Shown here one piece after another: positions 1 through 10,616 of a stretch of 47,598 nucleotides of DNA. Source of the DNA: Proteromonas lacertae (Eukaryota); NCBI GenBank assembly GCA_002245135.1, contig NGBS01000344.1, forward strand, positions 1-47,598. The letters run 5' to 3'. Each line of letters starts with the position of its first letter. The first letter of the stretch is position 1. The notes below the pieces were generated by a model, which saw only the letters and a list, made by a program, of their open reading frames with translations, searched no databases and had not been told where the DNA came from. Position numbers and translations under genes: made by a program.

Positions 1-767
1 TTATAACCATTACTATCGTTTTTAATTTTCATATTAAAGTTTACACGAAATTCATGATTGCACAAATCGATGTAGAGGAATGAATGATTACTGTAATTGG
101 TTGCATACTTGTAATATTCTCTAAACTTACTGAAATCTACCCATAAATCTAAACTATTATGAACACTGTGTAGATTAGCTAAACTTAGATTTCTAAATAC
201 TAAGCAATAATCTAATTGTAGACGAACAGATGGTGTTAAATCTGTAACATATTGACTTGATATAATTACTTTTGACTTGTAATGACGGTTTGATTTGAGT
301 AGTTTTGAAACGGTCTTATTTGATAAATCGAATGATATATCATCGAATATAAAGATATTTTCAGGATAGCTATAATTGTCTTTATCAACATCTGTGATAT
401 TATTCAATACTGCATCTAATACATTCACTTTATCTTCATTTACTATTGAATCGTAACAATGGTACTCTATTAAATTGTACTTCAGCATATCAGTGATCTT
501 TTCATAAATAATATCCTTTGAAATTGTTCCTACAAAGAAATATACAGTTTGATCATAATTCTTCTTTAACAAGTGTTGTATCATGTTAAATATAAGCGTT
601 GTCTTTCCACTGTTCTTCTTAGCTAATATAAATATATTGCAGAAAGGCTCTTCAAAATAATCATAGCCTAAAACATTATCTCTTGATCTCTTTTTATTAC
701 CTTTGACTACTGATTCTACTGGCGTTATGACAACGTCATTACATTTCTCTAGTTTTATTTTACTCAT
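1..767 (-). CDS. A32/FtsK-HerA family DNA packaging ATPase (3' end runs off window)
   Basis: Manual translation from ATG at 767: MSKIKLEKCND...NIFILAKKNSGKTT (Walker A)...NIFIFDD (Walker B)...LLKSNRHYKSKVIISSQ (arginine-finger/Q motif of A32 ATPases)...HSFLYID. 255 codons open with no stop before base 1. Confidence 0.92.
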   Translation of the reverse strand, partial: MSKIKLEKCNDVVITPVESVVKGNKKRSRDNVLGYDYFEEPFCNIFILAKKNSGKTTLIFNMIQHLLKKNYDQTVYFFVGTISKDIIYEKITDMLKYNLIEYHCYDSIVNEDKVNVLDAVLNNITDVDKDNYSYPENIFIFDDISFDLSNKTVSKLLKSNRHYKSKVIISSQYVTDLTPSVRLQLDYCLVFRNLSLANLHSVHNSLDLWVDFSKFREYYKYATNYSNHSFLYIDLCNHEFRVNFNMKIKNDSNGY

Positions 768-835
768 TTAAAGAAAAAACAAAAAAACAATTATATAAAG
801 AATATAACCATTATGTTAGTTATTAGTTAGTTAGT

Positions 836-2293
836 TTAAATAACACTTACAATTCCACTTCCATTGATTGTACACATTCTTCCTGTAACTATATAGAAAC
901 GATGAGTGATATTAAAGTTAGTGAAATCATTTGTACCAGGAGTAGACAACTCAAAAGTGATCTTTAAGTCACTAGCTAATGGTCTTCCTGATTGATTCTT
1001 GATATTATCCAAGTCTTTAGATCCAAAATTCAAAATTTCAAAGAACTTCTTTTCAAAAGGAATATGTCTTTTGAATATATCAAACCATGAATCTTTGAAA
1101 TAATCTTGTACAGTCATGTAACTATCATAATACTGCATTAATGAATAGTCTGGTTGATACACAAAATCGTTAATCATCCATCTGAATTGTGCATTTTCAG
1201 GAATTACTGCATATCTATTTTCTGCTGTGCCACCACTCATATCATGTGCTGTTTGAGTTCCTTCGATCCATGGTCTATAGATAATGTAACGTAAGAATGG
1301 TCCATTTGAACTGTTTAATGTAAAGGAATAGTTGAATTGTCCAGATCCACCTTGATTTACTGTTAATGTATGACACTTTACATCATTGAACTGGATTGGT
1401 TTAGATAAACAGTAACTTCTTGTATTGTTATTACATTGAGTATCCTTATTCAAATAAGCATAGAAATAAAAGTTCTTGAATTTAATTGAATCTGGTCTTA
1501 TTCCATCTGTAGGCCAGTTTATTGTTGTAGCTGCGCCTTTATCATTATTAAAACCCATAATTTGTCCAAATTTAGGACTTTGTTGGAAATTGAAACATAA
1601 ATACATTCTCTCTCCAAAGAATACATCACTTTTCATTGATAAAAATGTATTGTAAAATTTACCTAAAAACATCTTTACATGAATAGTTTTAGACTTTTTA
1701 TACTGTTGATATTTATCTTTTGTTCCAGTAGCTGTAACAAATGTAGCTTCTTCTTTATCCATTTCCCATTCATTTTCATCAAGAATTAAATGATCATGGT
1801 ATTCATCATTCCATTTTAATTGAATTCCATCATAATAGTTTGATTGATAAAAAATGTCAGATCTTTTTCTCACTAATTCATCCATAAACACTCTATAGTG
1901 TTCATAATTGTCATCAAGCTTAACTAGATCTGTTCCTGTATTATTACATAAACGAAATGCTGCTAATCCAAATCCTTCTTTCATTCCTTTTATATATTTT
2001 GGATATAAAGTAGTATCACCTGCTACATCACCACTACCATCAGTTTTTTTAAATGCATTTGCTGCAGCAAGTGGATGAGTTTCAATTTCGATATCATATT
2101 GAATGTAAGACTTTGCAAGGTTTATAATGTTCTCACCACTTAATTCGAACCTTATTTCATCTGAATAAGTATTATCTTTAAGTTGATAGAATGATTTTGT
2201 TTCCATTGGTGTCAACTTGACATACTGGTAAAAGGCCATCATTGCTGGAACGTCTACACCGTGTTTTTGCTCTTTTGGGATAGTTAGAGACAT
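836..2293 (-). CDS. Putative double jelly-roll major capsid protein (Polinton/PLV type), ~485 aa
   Basis: Likely start MSLTIPK at 2293. N-terminal EIRFELSGENIINLAKSYIQYDIEI and internal KMFLGKFYNTFLSMKSDVFFGERMYLCFNF resemble Polinton/PLV MCP patterns. Beta-strand-rich, right size, lies between penton and ATPase. Confidence 0.8.
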   Translation of the reverse strand: MSLTIPKEQKHGVDVPAMMAFYQYVKLTPMETKSFYQLKDNTYSDEIRFELSGENIINLAKSYIQYDIEIETHPLAAANAFKKTDGSGDVAGDTTLYPKYIKGMKEGFGLAAFRLCNNTGTDLVKLDDNYEHYRVFMDELVRKRSDIFYQSNYYDGIQLKWNDEYHDHLILDENEWEMDKEEATFVTATGTKDKYQQYKKSKTIHVKMFLGKFYNTFLSMKSDVFFGERMYLCFNFQQSPKFGQIMGFNNDKGAATTINWPTDGIRPDSIKFKNFYFYAYLNKDTQCNNNTRSYCLSKPIQFNDVKCHTLTVNQGGSGQFNYSFTLNSSNGPFLRYIIYRPWIEGTQTAHDMSGGTAENRYAVIPENAQFRWMINDFVYQPDYSLMQYYDSYMTVQDYFKDSWFDIFKRHIPFEKKFFEILNFGSKDLDNIKNQSGRPLASDLKITFELSTPGTNDFTNFNITHRFYIVTGRMCTINGSGIVSVI

Positions 2294-2324
2294 CAGAAAC
2301 TCAAAATAAAAAATAAAATAAAAA

Positions 2325-3290
2325 TTAGACTTTAAATACAACAATATCTAAATTAAACTCGATATTATCAAGATTGAGTTCATAACCATTTTGTTGAGTA
2401 ATCTGAATAGTAATTTGTCCATTAGTATAAGTATTATTGAACATTTTGCTAGTATTAAGAATGTCATTGTTCTGGTATGTAATAAATGGTAACTCAGGGT
2501 TTGCTATTGGTATATTTTCTAACACATTTGAATCTTGAATGATGTTTACAATATCTAAACGAATGGATATCGCACTAACCCATATAAGAGATGGACGATA
2601 TGGTAATTGAGTAAATGGGAAATCTACTGAAAATGCAGCTAATGCTTTTTCTGTTCCTTGAGGTCCTGGAACAAATTTATCATAACATAACCAATAGTTA
2701 TTATTTGGAATACCTAATATCTTGTAGGCTAAATCTTTTGTTACTATTTCTATTTTTGAAATCCAAAAAATAGGTTTTGTTAAACTATATAATGCATTCA
2801 TTTTACTTGCAATTTTTAAATGTCTGGTATGTTCATCATCTTTATCATCTAGCTTAAATAAATCACCATTACCTTCTATTACAGGTGTATATAGTATATC
2901 CTTAACTATAAACAAATCATCATCAGGAATTTCGAAATCTATATATTTTATAGAACGTATTCCATCATTGATTAACTTAATAATCTGATTCTCATCATAA
3001 AAACCTTCAGGGATTTGTACTGATACACATACTGTGGGTTTTTCTGGCGCTGCGCCATCTTCTTTATTATAATCACATGTAAATAAGAACTGAAACGTAT
3101 CGTTTGTCTCTGCTTGTATAGTAGGGAAAGAATTGGGTACAACTGCGTGTAATAACGACACATGAGTATAATCTTGATCAAATGATGGTAAGGCTAAGGT
3201 CTTTTTGTATCTATTCCCTACTCCGAATGTCCCTGTAGTCATTACCATATCAGAATTTAAATAGTAAACACGGTGATTAGAGACTAACAT
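2325..3290 (-). CDS. Putative minor capsid (penton, single jelly-roll) protein
   Basis: VYYLNSD...VSLLHAVVPNSFPTI...VQIPEGFYDENQIIKLIN and C-terminal ITIQITQQNGYELNLDNIEFNLDI match the PLV/Polinton penton pattern (i.l....ipnS.y.I; ip.G.Y). Directly upstream of the MCP. Confidence 0.82.
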   Translation of the reverse strand: MLVSNHRVYYLNSDMVMTTGTFGVGNRYKKTLALPSFDQDYTHVSLLHAVVPNSFPTIQAETNDTFQFLFTCDYNKEDGAAPEKPTVCVSVQIPEGFYDENQIIKLINDGIRSIKYIDFEIPDDDLFIVKDILYTPVIEGNGDLFKLDDKDDEHTRHLKIASKMNALYSLTKPIFWISKIEIVTKDLAYKILGIPNNNYWLCYDKFVPGPQGTEKALAAFSVDFPFTQLPYRPSLIWVSAISIRLDIVNIIQDSNVLENIPIANPELPFITYQNNDILNTSKMFNNTYTNGQITIQITQQNGYELNLDNIEFNLDIVVFKV

Positions 3291-3307
3291 TTTGAAAAAA
3301 ATAATAA

Positions 3308-3339
3308 TGTCAATATTGGTAATATTAGTAATATTGACA
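3308..3339. promoter_or_regulatory. 32-bp imperfect palindrome in the divergent intergenic region of the viral module
   Basis: TGTCAATATT-GGT-AATATT-AGT-AATATTGACA: 10-bp perfect outer arms and three AATATT hexamers at 9-bp spacing, between ATGs at 3290(-) and 3353(+). Confidence 0.6.
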
Positions 3340-3352
3340 CTATTTTTATTTT

Positions 3353-3976
3353 ATGGAAGATAATAAAAAACCTAAACATAGAACAGTTCCATTCAAATTA
3401 ACAGAATTAGACAAACAAGTAATCATCAGAAGCTTCAGAAAAGACGGTAAAATCAGAGCTCCCACAAAATCGAAATTATATCATTTAATTTCAGGATCAA
3501 AATCAAGACTTACATACTCAGAGATAAGATATATATTGAAATACATCGAAGATGAGTACAAATATTACATAGAATCAAAGTTTAAGACAGGTTGTTTTAA
3601 TGGACCAATCATTGAACAAGTAAAAGTACCTCTTAACGCGCCAAAACTAACCGCTTCAAGCTTCGCTCAAGCCTTAAGTAAACACAAAGAACACAGAATT
3701 GCAGGTCAAAAGAAGACAAGAATGATGTTAGAACAGATTTTAGCATTACATAAGAAGGAAGAAGAGGATTTTTTACCTCCACAAGAGATAATTGACATAA
3801 AAGATGACGAAATTAAGGTAAAAGAAGAGGTAAATTACGTAAAACCGGTCACAAAATCGAATGTAAACAGTTTAAGTGGTTTAGAAGACTTGTCTCCTGT
3901 TAATTCAGTTCCTAGTTTAAGCCCAAAATCAATAACAGATAAAAGCATTATAAGACCTAATTGTATTATTTTTTAA
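3353..3976 (+). CDS. Hypothetical basic protein, probably viral
   Basis: 207-aa intronless ORF divergent from the capsid cassette; Lys-rich; no family recognised. Confidence 0.65.
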   Translation: MEDNKKPKHRTVPFKLTELDKQVIIRSFRKDGKIRAPTKSKLYHLISGSKSRLTYSEIRYILKYIEDEYKYYIESKFKTGCFNGPIIEQVKVPLNAPKLTASSFAQALSKHKEHRIAGQKKTRMMLEQILALHKKEEEDFLPPQEIIDIKDDEIKVKEEVNYVKPVTKSNVNSLSGLEDLSPVNSVPSLSPKSITDKSIIRPNCIIF

Positions 3977-4009
3977 TTATTTTTGTTAATTGATTTAAAA
4001 TTTTTTCTT

Positions 4010-4246
4010 ATGGGGAACGATATAATGACAATTTTACTCTCTGTATTAGTATTTATACTCTATATGCTCGCTCTGGCACTGTACAAATACTTCAAAGCAC
4101 ACAATTGTATTCCAAATGAGGTAGATATCGCAGACATTCGTTCAAATATGACTGATATGATGGAGAAAGGCTTGCAGCATGACAAGACATTGGAAGATAT
4201 AAAGGCATATATAGACATTGTGAATAAAAGAAAGCACACAGTTTAA
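4010..4246 (+). CDS. Small single-pass membrane protein, probably viral
   Basis: ATG at 4010; hydrophobic helix ILLSVLVFILYMLALALY followed by a short helical tail. Confidence 0.55.
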   Translation: MGNDIMTILLSVLVFILYMLALALYKYFKAHNCIPNEVDIADIRSNMTDMMEKGLQHDKTLEDIKAYIDIVNKRKHTV

Positions 4247-4281
4247 ATAATTTGTAACGAATTAATTTTTTATTATATATT

Positions 4282-4372
4282 AAACGGCTATTTTTTAGGG
4301 AAAGTGAAACGACTCTTTATTTAGGGAAAGTAAAACGACTATTTTTTAGGAAAAGCAAAACGACTATTTTTT
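4282..4372 (+). repeat. ~25-bp direct repeats, about 3.5 copies (TTTAGGGAAAGTRAAACGACT-like)
   Basis: AAACG(A/G)CT cores at 4282, 4307, 4333 and 4358 (spacing 25/26/25). Confidence 0.85.
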
Positions 4373-5002
4373 CATTAAAGAAAATAAAACTTATTATTGA
4401 GATTCGAACACGTTTTCATCATTTAAATAGCAACGGTTAAACCGTTAGACTAAATAATTGCCCAAAATAAAGTACATGTGACGATTCATTTTGTACAATG
4501 TCGTTTGAAGAATAATTCTCAAACGTTGTGTCAAAAATAGAATATGAAGAAATTTCTGAGAAAATTCAAAAATTTGAATTTTCAAACATTCAAATCTATT
4601 ATGACGAGATTTGACTTGAACAGTTGGTTTGTGCATCAAATTTCAAATCTATTCTGAAATTATTTAGTTGGCTTGTCCAAATTGAAATTGAAGAATCATA
4701 TAAGAATATTTGTGTTTTGTTATTTTTAAAAATATTGATACGGCATTTAGAGCAAATTTGAATTTTTGAATTTTTTAATTTCGCGCCTTTTTTTTATTTT
4801 TTTAAAAAAATATTCCTTAAAAAATTATATCCGTTTCAATTCAAGCCACAGAATAGTCGAACTTTTTTTCAAACATTGAGTGCTAGCATAGTTATAAAGT
4901 CACGTTTTACATCAAACATTTTGATTTGAGTCAATATTTACACTAATCGTAAAAATTGATCTCAAGCTTTTTCAATTTCAAAAATCGTCAAAATCATCAA
5001 AA

Positions 5003-5782
5003 ATGAGTAAAACTATCGTCAAAATTCTTTATGAAAATGGTAATGGAACCTTGCTCGAGAATGCTCTCGCAAATATAGAGCGTTTTAAATCCGATTCCTA
5101 TTCGATGTATGAATTTGATCCTTCAAAAAGTGTTTTAAATCGTTCTGAAGATGAAACAATTGCAGATATGAAAGATTTACATGACGAATTCATAATGGAA
5201 GATTTACTTAACTATTTAGCAAAAAGTGTATTTTTTCAATTTAATTTTAGGAATAGCTATTTTGGTTAGAGTGAATGAAAAAGACGAGCCTGTTGATGAT
5301 GATTTACAATCTGATGATGAGATGGTCAAGCAAGTTGTATTCAACAGCTGTGGTGTAAACACCAACAAGAAGACCTTAAAAAGAATGGATTTCAAAGGCT
5401 GTAAATTTGTGGTACCAAATGGTAATTATCCAAATGAATACAGTTTTAGTTACATTGATGTGGTACAACCAAAGAGAATTCTTAAAGTTGCCAAGAATAG
5501 TGTATGGAGTGCTCCTAAAAAGGTTAAACAAAGAGATCATCAAATTGAACAAAAAGAAGAAGTTGTAAATTTAACCAATGAAAAAGTCAAACGTGCATTT
5601 CCCATTATGAGCACACATGGAAAAAGAGAAGAATTCATAATGTGTTAAAAATGAGATCAATTGATGATCAAGAAAATGCTGTTAAACAATTAGTGAACAT
5701 CACTATCAACAATGAATTAAGATTGCCTGAATTAGAATTATCAAACTACTATTAAACAATTGAAATCTTAATTCTTGCATAA
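5003..5782 (+). CDS. Spliced hypothetical gene (viral or host origin unresolved)
   Basis: A 25-nt GT..AG intron at 5226-5250 joins ORFs 5003-5269 and 5226-5648 in frame (AK-R-IAILVR). Coding-like sequence continues to ~5782 via apparent frameshifts. TCAAGCTT lies 41 nt upstream and TGTTTGTT at 5794. Confidence 0.5.
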
Positions 5783-6084
5783 AGAGGTTTGAATGTTTGT
5801 TTGAGTTTTGGGGAACTTAAAAAAAATTTTGAATGAATCAAGCTATAACTCGTGGTCTAGCTTGGTGGCACAGCATTCGAGCCTAATGGTCTGTAGCCCT
5901 TACTATATATTATTGTAGTATAATCCGTAAGGAGTAAGCGGTAGAGCATATTTTCTCTGTCCCGATATTTTTGGTTTCATTTTTCATAATTATGGCATAA
6001 ATAGTCTGAACTATAGTTAATAAGGACATATATATAATTATACATCAAATATAACATACATTTGTTGTACGCCGTTGAGCTAAA

Positions 6085-6199
6085 TGCGCCGTTGAGCGTT
6101 AAGATGACTTTTTTCAATTCTAAAATGATAGTGTGTGGTTTGATGGCGAGTTATATGCAAATATAATCTTACTTTGTCATATAAGCTACATCTGCGATA
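6085..6199 (+). repeat. 115-bp dispersed repeat, inverted copy at 23838-23952
   Basis: The reverse complement matches 23838-23952 with one mismatch by eye. Confidence 0.9.
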
Positions 6200-6448
6200 C
6201 AGTCAAAACCGTGTAATATGTACTCTTTTTTACCTAAAAGTTCATATTACATTTTTGTTTATTGCATATGATTTTTGGGGATGCTAATCTCAACATATAA
6301 ATTTACCATGTATTTTTATGTAATATACTTGCAGCTTTTAATAAAAAAATAGATAATTACGTTAATAAAATATCAAATAGTATTGACTGTTTATAGAGAA
6401 TAAGATAAAATTATCAAAAAACTTGAATTTTTCAAGTTGCATTTTATA

Positions 6449-6912
6449 ATGTCAGCAGTAAAAAGACCTTATGATCAAGTATATAACTACTTCAATACAA
6501 ACGTAAGCATAACCAAACCTACTGAAAAGTCGAAAAGAATTGAATGTAAAACATGTAAAGAAATAGTTGTATGTCATGCCACTTGCTTAAAAAGACATGT
6601 GAAAAAGTATAATATATATAGATTATAATTTATTAGCTGCAAAAAAAGTAAAATAGTTCAAGAAAAACTGGATCTAACAAAATACAATCAGAGAAAGATT
6701 AACGGTTATTTAGCTGATTTTATTATAGAGAATTCATGCAGTTTTAAGTTGATTGAATCAAAAACATTTAAAAACTTAATCAAATCTATCAACCCTTCCA
6801 TTAAACTAGGTTCAATCAAGTCTGTTAAAGATATAATTAAAGAAGAAGGTGAGAAGATAGTAAAAGAATGCATTAAAACCAATGAAAAAATGTGTATTAT
6901 AATAGATGGATG
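6449..6912 (+). pseudogene. hAT transposase, N-terminal part (BED zinc finger to first catalytic Asp)
   Basis: VYNYF...IECKTCK...LKRHVK (BED finger), short intron at ~6607-6636, then YLADFIIENSCSFKLIESKTFKNLIKSINP...MCIIIDG, cut by an insertion. Confidence 0.88.
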
Positions 6913-6999
6913 TGTTGTTCCCCGTATGGCGGAAATCTATATTGCAGAATGATTCAATCAAAACTAATATGATATTCATGATGTTCGGAGTTAGTTATT
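6913..6999 (+). repeat. Left terminal inverted repeat of the Ginger-like element
   Basis: Near-perfect reverse complement of 15295-15398. Confidence 0.93.
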
Positions 7000-7879
7000 T
7001 TAGAATATATAGGTTTCGACCCATATAAACAACTTTTTTAGGCAACGAAAAAATGTCTTAATATGACATGAAACCTATCTAGATAGACTACAAAATTCAT
7101 GTAGATTATGAATATAATATTATTTTATATATATACACTCAAAATGAAAATTATCAGTTATTCAGGATTTAAGAATTTGACCCCTTCTGACGTCATTTCT
7201 GTCTCGAGTTTTCTATCAAACTTTTGAAATGTTTTTCTTGATTTTTCTTATTATATAGTGTTTTTTAAATTACTTTACTATAAATATTAGAATTAATAAT
7301 GAACAATTTACCATTTGATATACATAGAAACTAAAATACAATTAAATCTACCTAAATAGCTAATGTTCATATATTTTATAATTTATAAATGAAATGTTTA
7401 TTAAACAATTTATAATTATTTATTTTATATAGCTTATTTTAGTTAACTGCTTCTATTTACTAATTACTTAAATATGAGACTACTGCATATTTCATTTACT
7501 CATATTGGATAAGAACCATTATTAGTTGATTATAAATTTAAGTTAATTCTATTCTAAAGTCATCCTATACAGTCATTTAAAAATATATCCGTTTCCTTTG
7601 ATATTTGAATTTAATTTTGAAAATGTAAGTGCTATATATATTATTTATATATTATTATTATATATTATTATTATATTATAAATTATATACTCATGTAATC
7701 ATATTAATATATTTATTACCTGATTTTAGATTTAATATAACAATCATCCTTACAGTACTTGTTTATCAAATGTTGTATATGGTTTTTATACTTATTACAC
7801 TTGATTTTTTGTGATGAGTCATTTTAAACATCGTTATAAGCAGAATATAATTCTAGGTTACAATAATGAGTTTGATAAA

Positions 7880-10300
7880 GAGTGCATACACTAGTTATAT
7901 GATTTTTTAAAGTATTATGGAAATGATATGTCTTACTAGTTTATAAAAGAAGATCCACAAGATTATGAAATTGCTGGTTTGTTCGTTAAATTAAGAAACA
8001 TAAAAGAAAAAGCAATAATCTATTACAGTGTGAAAGATGAAAAAGTCATAAAAAGATTTGATTATCTTCATACAATTAATTCAAATGATATGTTTCAAGA
8101 AGTGGAGAGAGTAATATGATCTAATATGCTGTTTGTTAAATTAGATGAGATAATAGCTGATTTTGATAGTCCTTCAACAGGAATAGTAGATCCATCAGTT
8201 CCAACCACTACAGCTACAGCAGCACCCCAACAGAAGCTGCTCCAGGAGCAATAACATATTCGATTTATTAGTAATTTCTCAATGTCTTTATTATCAAATC
8301 ATCGAATAATAGAGAATATAAAACTTGCTTATATAGATGGAAGTAGTGAGATGGTAGTAAAAGAAATAATTGAAGTTTCATTTCTTCATTTGGGAAGTGT
8401 AAATGGTGATAATTGTAATGGTAATATATTATACAGTAATGCGATGACATACAGTTTACTTAGTCGAAGTTATCAAAACTTAATGAAAAGTTATGAGATA
8501 ATCACTTCCTTTATAACAAATGAAAGAAATTTAGTATATAAAGGAAGTTATGAAATGAAAGATATAAGCTGCACAGCTGCTTACGATGTAGTATCTCAAA
8601 TCAATACAAATTGTCAAGGAAGTTGTTTAATAATTAGTGTAATAACAATGAATAGTGTGGATTATCCAGTATTGAGTTTCAGTTTAGATGAGATAATAAT
8701 CAATAGTTATTTGAACAGTTATGAAAGTGAAAGTAGTAAATCGTTAAAAGAATCGTTGAAGTTATATATTGATTAACTAATTTTAACATCTACAATGTCA
8801 ATTGGTTATTCAATAATCAAAATATATGTCGATTCAATCAATCCGATAGGTAAAGATGAAACCGAATATAAAAACGATTATACAATAAGTGATGAGTTAA
8901 TAAAAAGTTCAAACAAACGAATAGGTATTTGGCTAAATGAAGAAAATAATGATGTTCGAATTTATTATATTATGAAGCAATATGAGATTTATATAAATTC
9001 AAATGATGGCTTTAGAGGTAATTCAATTCAATTATCAATTCTTTATTGTATGAATAATGATGAAGAATTAAGTAAGATGGTGAATAACACAGAATATGAG
9101 ATAATAATCAGTAATTGTAATAGAAATATAATTGAAAATCATAAGAATGAGATAGAAGAGAATAATGTGACCATATTTTCAATAAGAAAAGAAGATTCAA
9201 ATACATGTGATGATAAAATGTATAAATATATTATTATTGTTATTATTATTATTCTATATTGAATAGAATTCATTCTTCTACTTCTCCATCTCGAAGAGTC
9301 TTGCCAATAGTAGAATATTTGCTATCTAAATCAATATCCAAAATAATCTTAATCTATCCAAAAGGTTTTGAATATGCTTCAGATTATGATTTATTAACTA
9401 GTTCAATTAATGCATTAGGAGCAACAATATCTAAAGAATATAAAGTGAATGAAACAGATATTAATGACATTATATCAGCAGTTCAAGCAGCAATGGCTTC
9501 AGTTAGAAAATATATAAATGATGGTGGTTTAATCTTTAATTTATTAGAAACTGAAGCAAGTAATATAATGTATGAGAAACTGTTTAGCATATGAGAATAG
9601 CTAAGAAATCTCTTCAAAATATCGAATAATCTCCAGAAAGATAGAGAATTTTAAGAAAGTAGATAAGAAATATCGAAAAAGATATGACATCATTGTGAAA
9701 GTATGTGTTATACATATGATGATAGTTTAATTAGTAAAATAAGAATGTTAATATTTGGAAATGAAAGTATATTATCAGAAAGTGAATCTGTTGGAATAGC
9801 AACAATCGAATATATAAAATCTGATATAAATTCAATCAACTTATTAGAATTTCTTCAATCAAGTTCAATATTTACATCTTTTGGAGATATTTCAATTGGT
9901 TTTGATAATTGCATAAACTTCCCAATGTTTTTATTAACAAGTGTAGATGGTAAAATCGAAGAGAAAGTGATATTATATAAAAAATGGAATAGTGATACTT
10001 ATCAAAGCAATTTCAATGAGATTCATTTAAATCGAATAATAATATCTTTAATATTACTATTTCCAAGTACTGGATTATTTGCTTATCGTGGAGTAGATTT
10101 AGTATCAAGTTATTTATCAACAATCGAATATTTAAATGAAGTAGAAAGTGAAAGTGGTTTATTCTATCTACTGAAGATGTTAGAAGTAAAAGATCAGTTA
10201 TTAAGTTATTAAGAATATATTTCATACAGGAATTTCTTTTCCAACAAAATATCCAATAATCTCTTGGATTGGTTCTAATTTAGGTATAAAAGAACGGCTG
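7880..10300 (+). pseudogene. Captured, fragmented host gene cargo with type-1 periplasmic-binding-protein-like segments
   Basis: Broken ORFs 8282-8776, 8795-9262, 9259-9594 and 9703-10212 with a residual intron (~9221-9266). ISLILLFPSTGLFAYRGVDLVSSYLSTIEYLNE resembles the N-terminal motif of LivJ/UrtA-type binding proteins. Confidence 0.45.
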
Positions 10301-10616
10301 ACCAAGTTCCAATGATAAACTATAAAATGGAAGATATAGTATCAACATCAAATAGTGAATTAAGTTTGGTTTGGTATAATAATACTAATCAAATGAATTA
10401 TTCTAATCAATTATTATCATGGTTAAATTTGTTACCATTTGTTTTTTGTATTGGTGTTTGGTTTTTTACAGATACAATCAAAAACAAGAATCAAAAACAC
10501 AAATTAAAAACACCATATATATGACTGTTTTATTATCTATATATAATATAATATATACTATCTATTTATATAATCTATTTTATACATAATATATAGCTAA
10601 TTTATCTTTCATATAG

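Larger units (their letters stand above)
1..4246. mobile_element. Endogenous Polinton-like virus / virophage-type element (morphogenesis module); continues beyond left edge, right boundary uncertain (4.25-6 kb)
   Basis: Three tightly packed, co-oriented, intronless genes (minor capsid, major capsid, A32-type ATPase) plus two divergent ORFans, in a genome where host genes are intron-rich. No pPolB or terminus is visible in the window. Confidence 0.88.

Noticed and set aside
2294..2344. N-terminal extension of the MCP from the alternative start at 2344
   Set aside because: It overlaps the penton stop and T-rich intergenic DNA; ATG 2293 is more plausible.
4282..4372. CRISPR or telomeric (TTAGGG) repeats
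   Set aside because: No spacers; TTAGGG occurs only as part of a 25-bp unit.
5845..5950. tRNA-like GC-richer stretch (GTGGTCTAG...TTCGAGCC)
   Set aside because: A/B-box-like words are present but I could not build a cloverleaf; tRNAscan-SE would decide.
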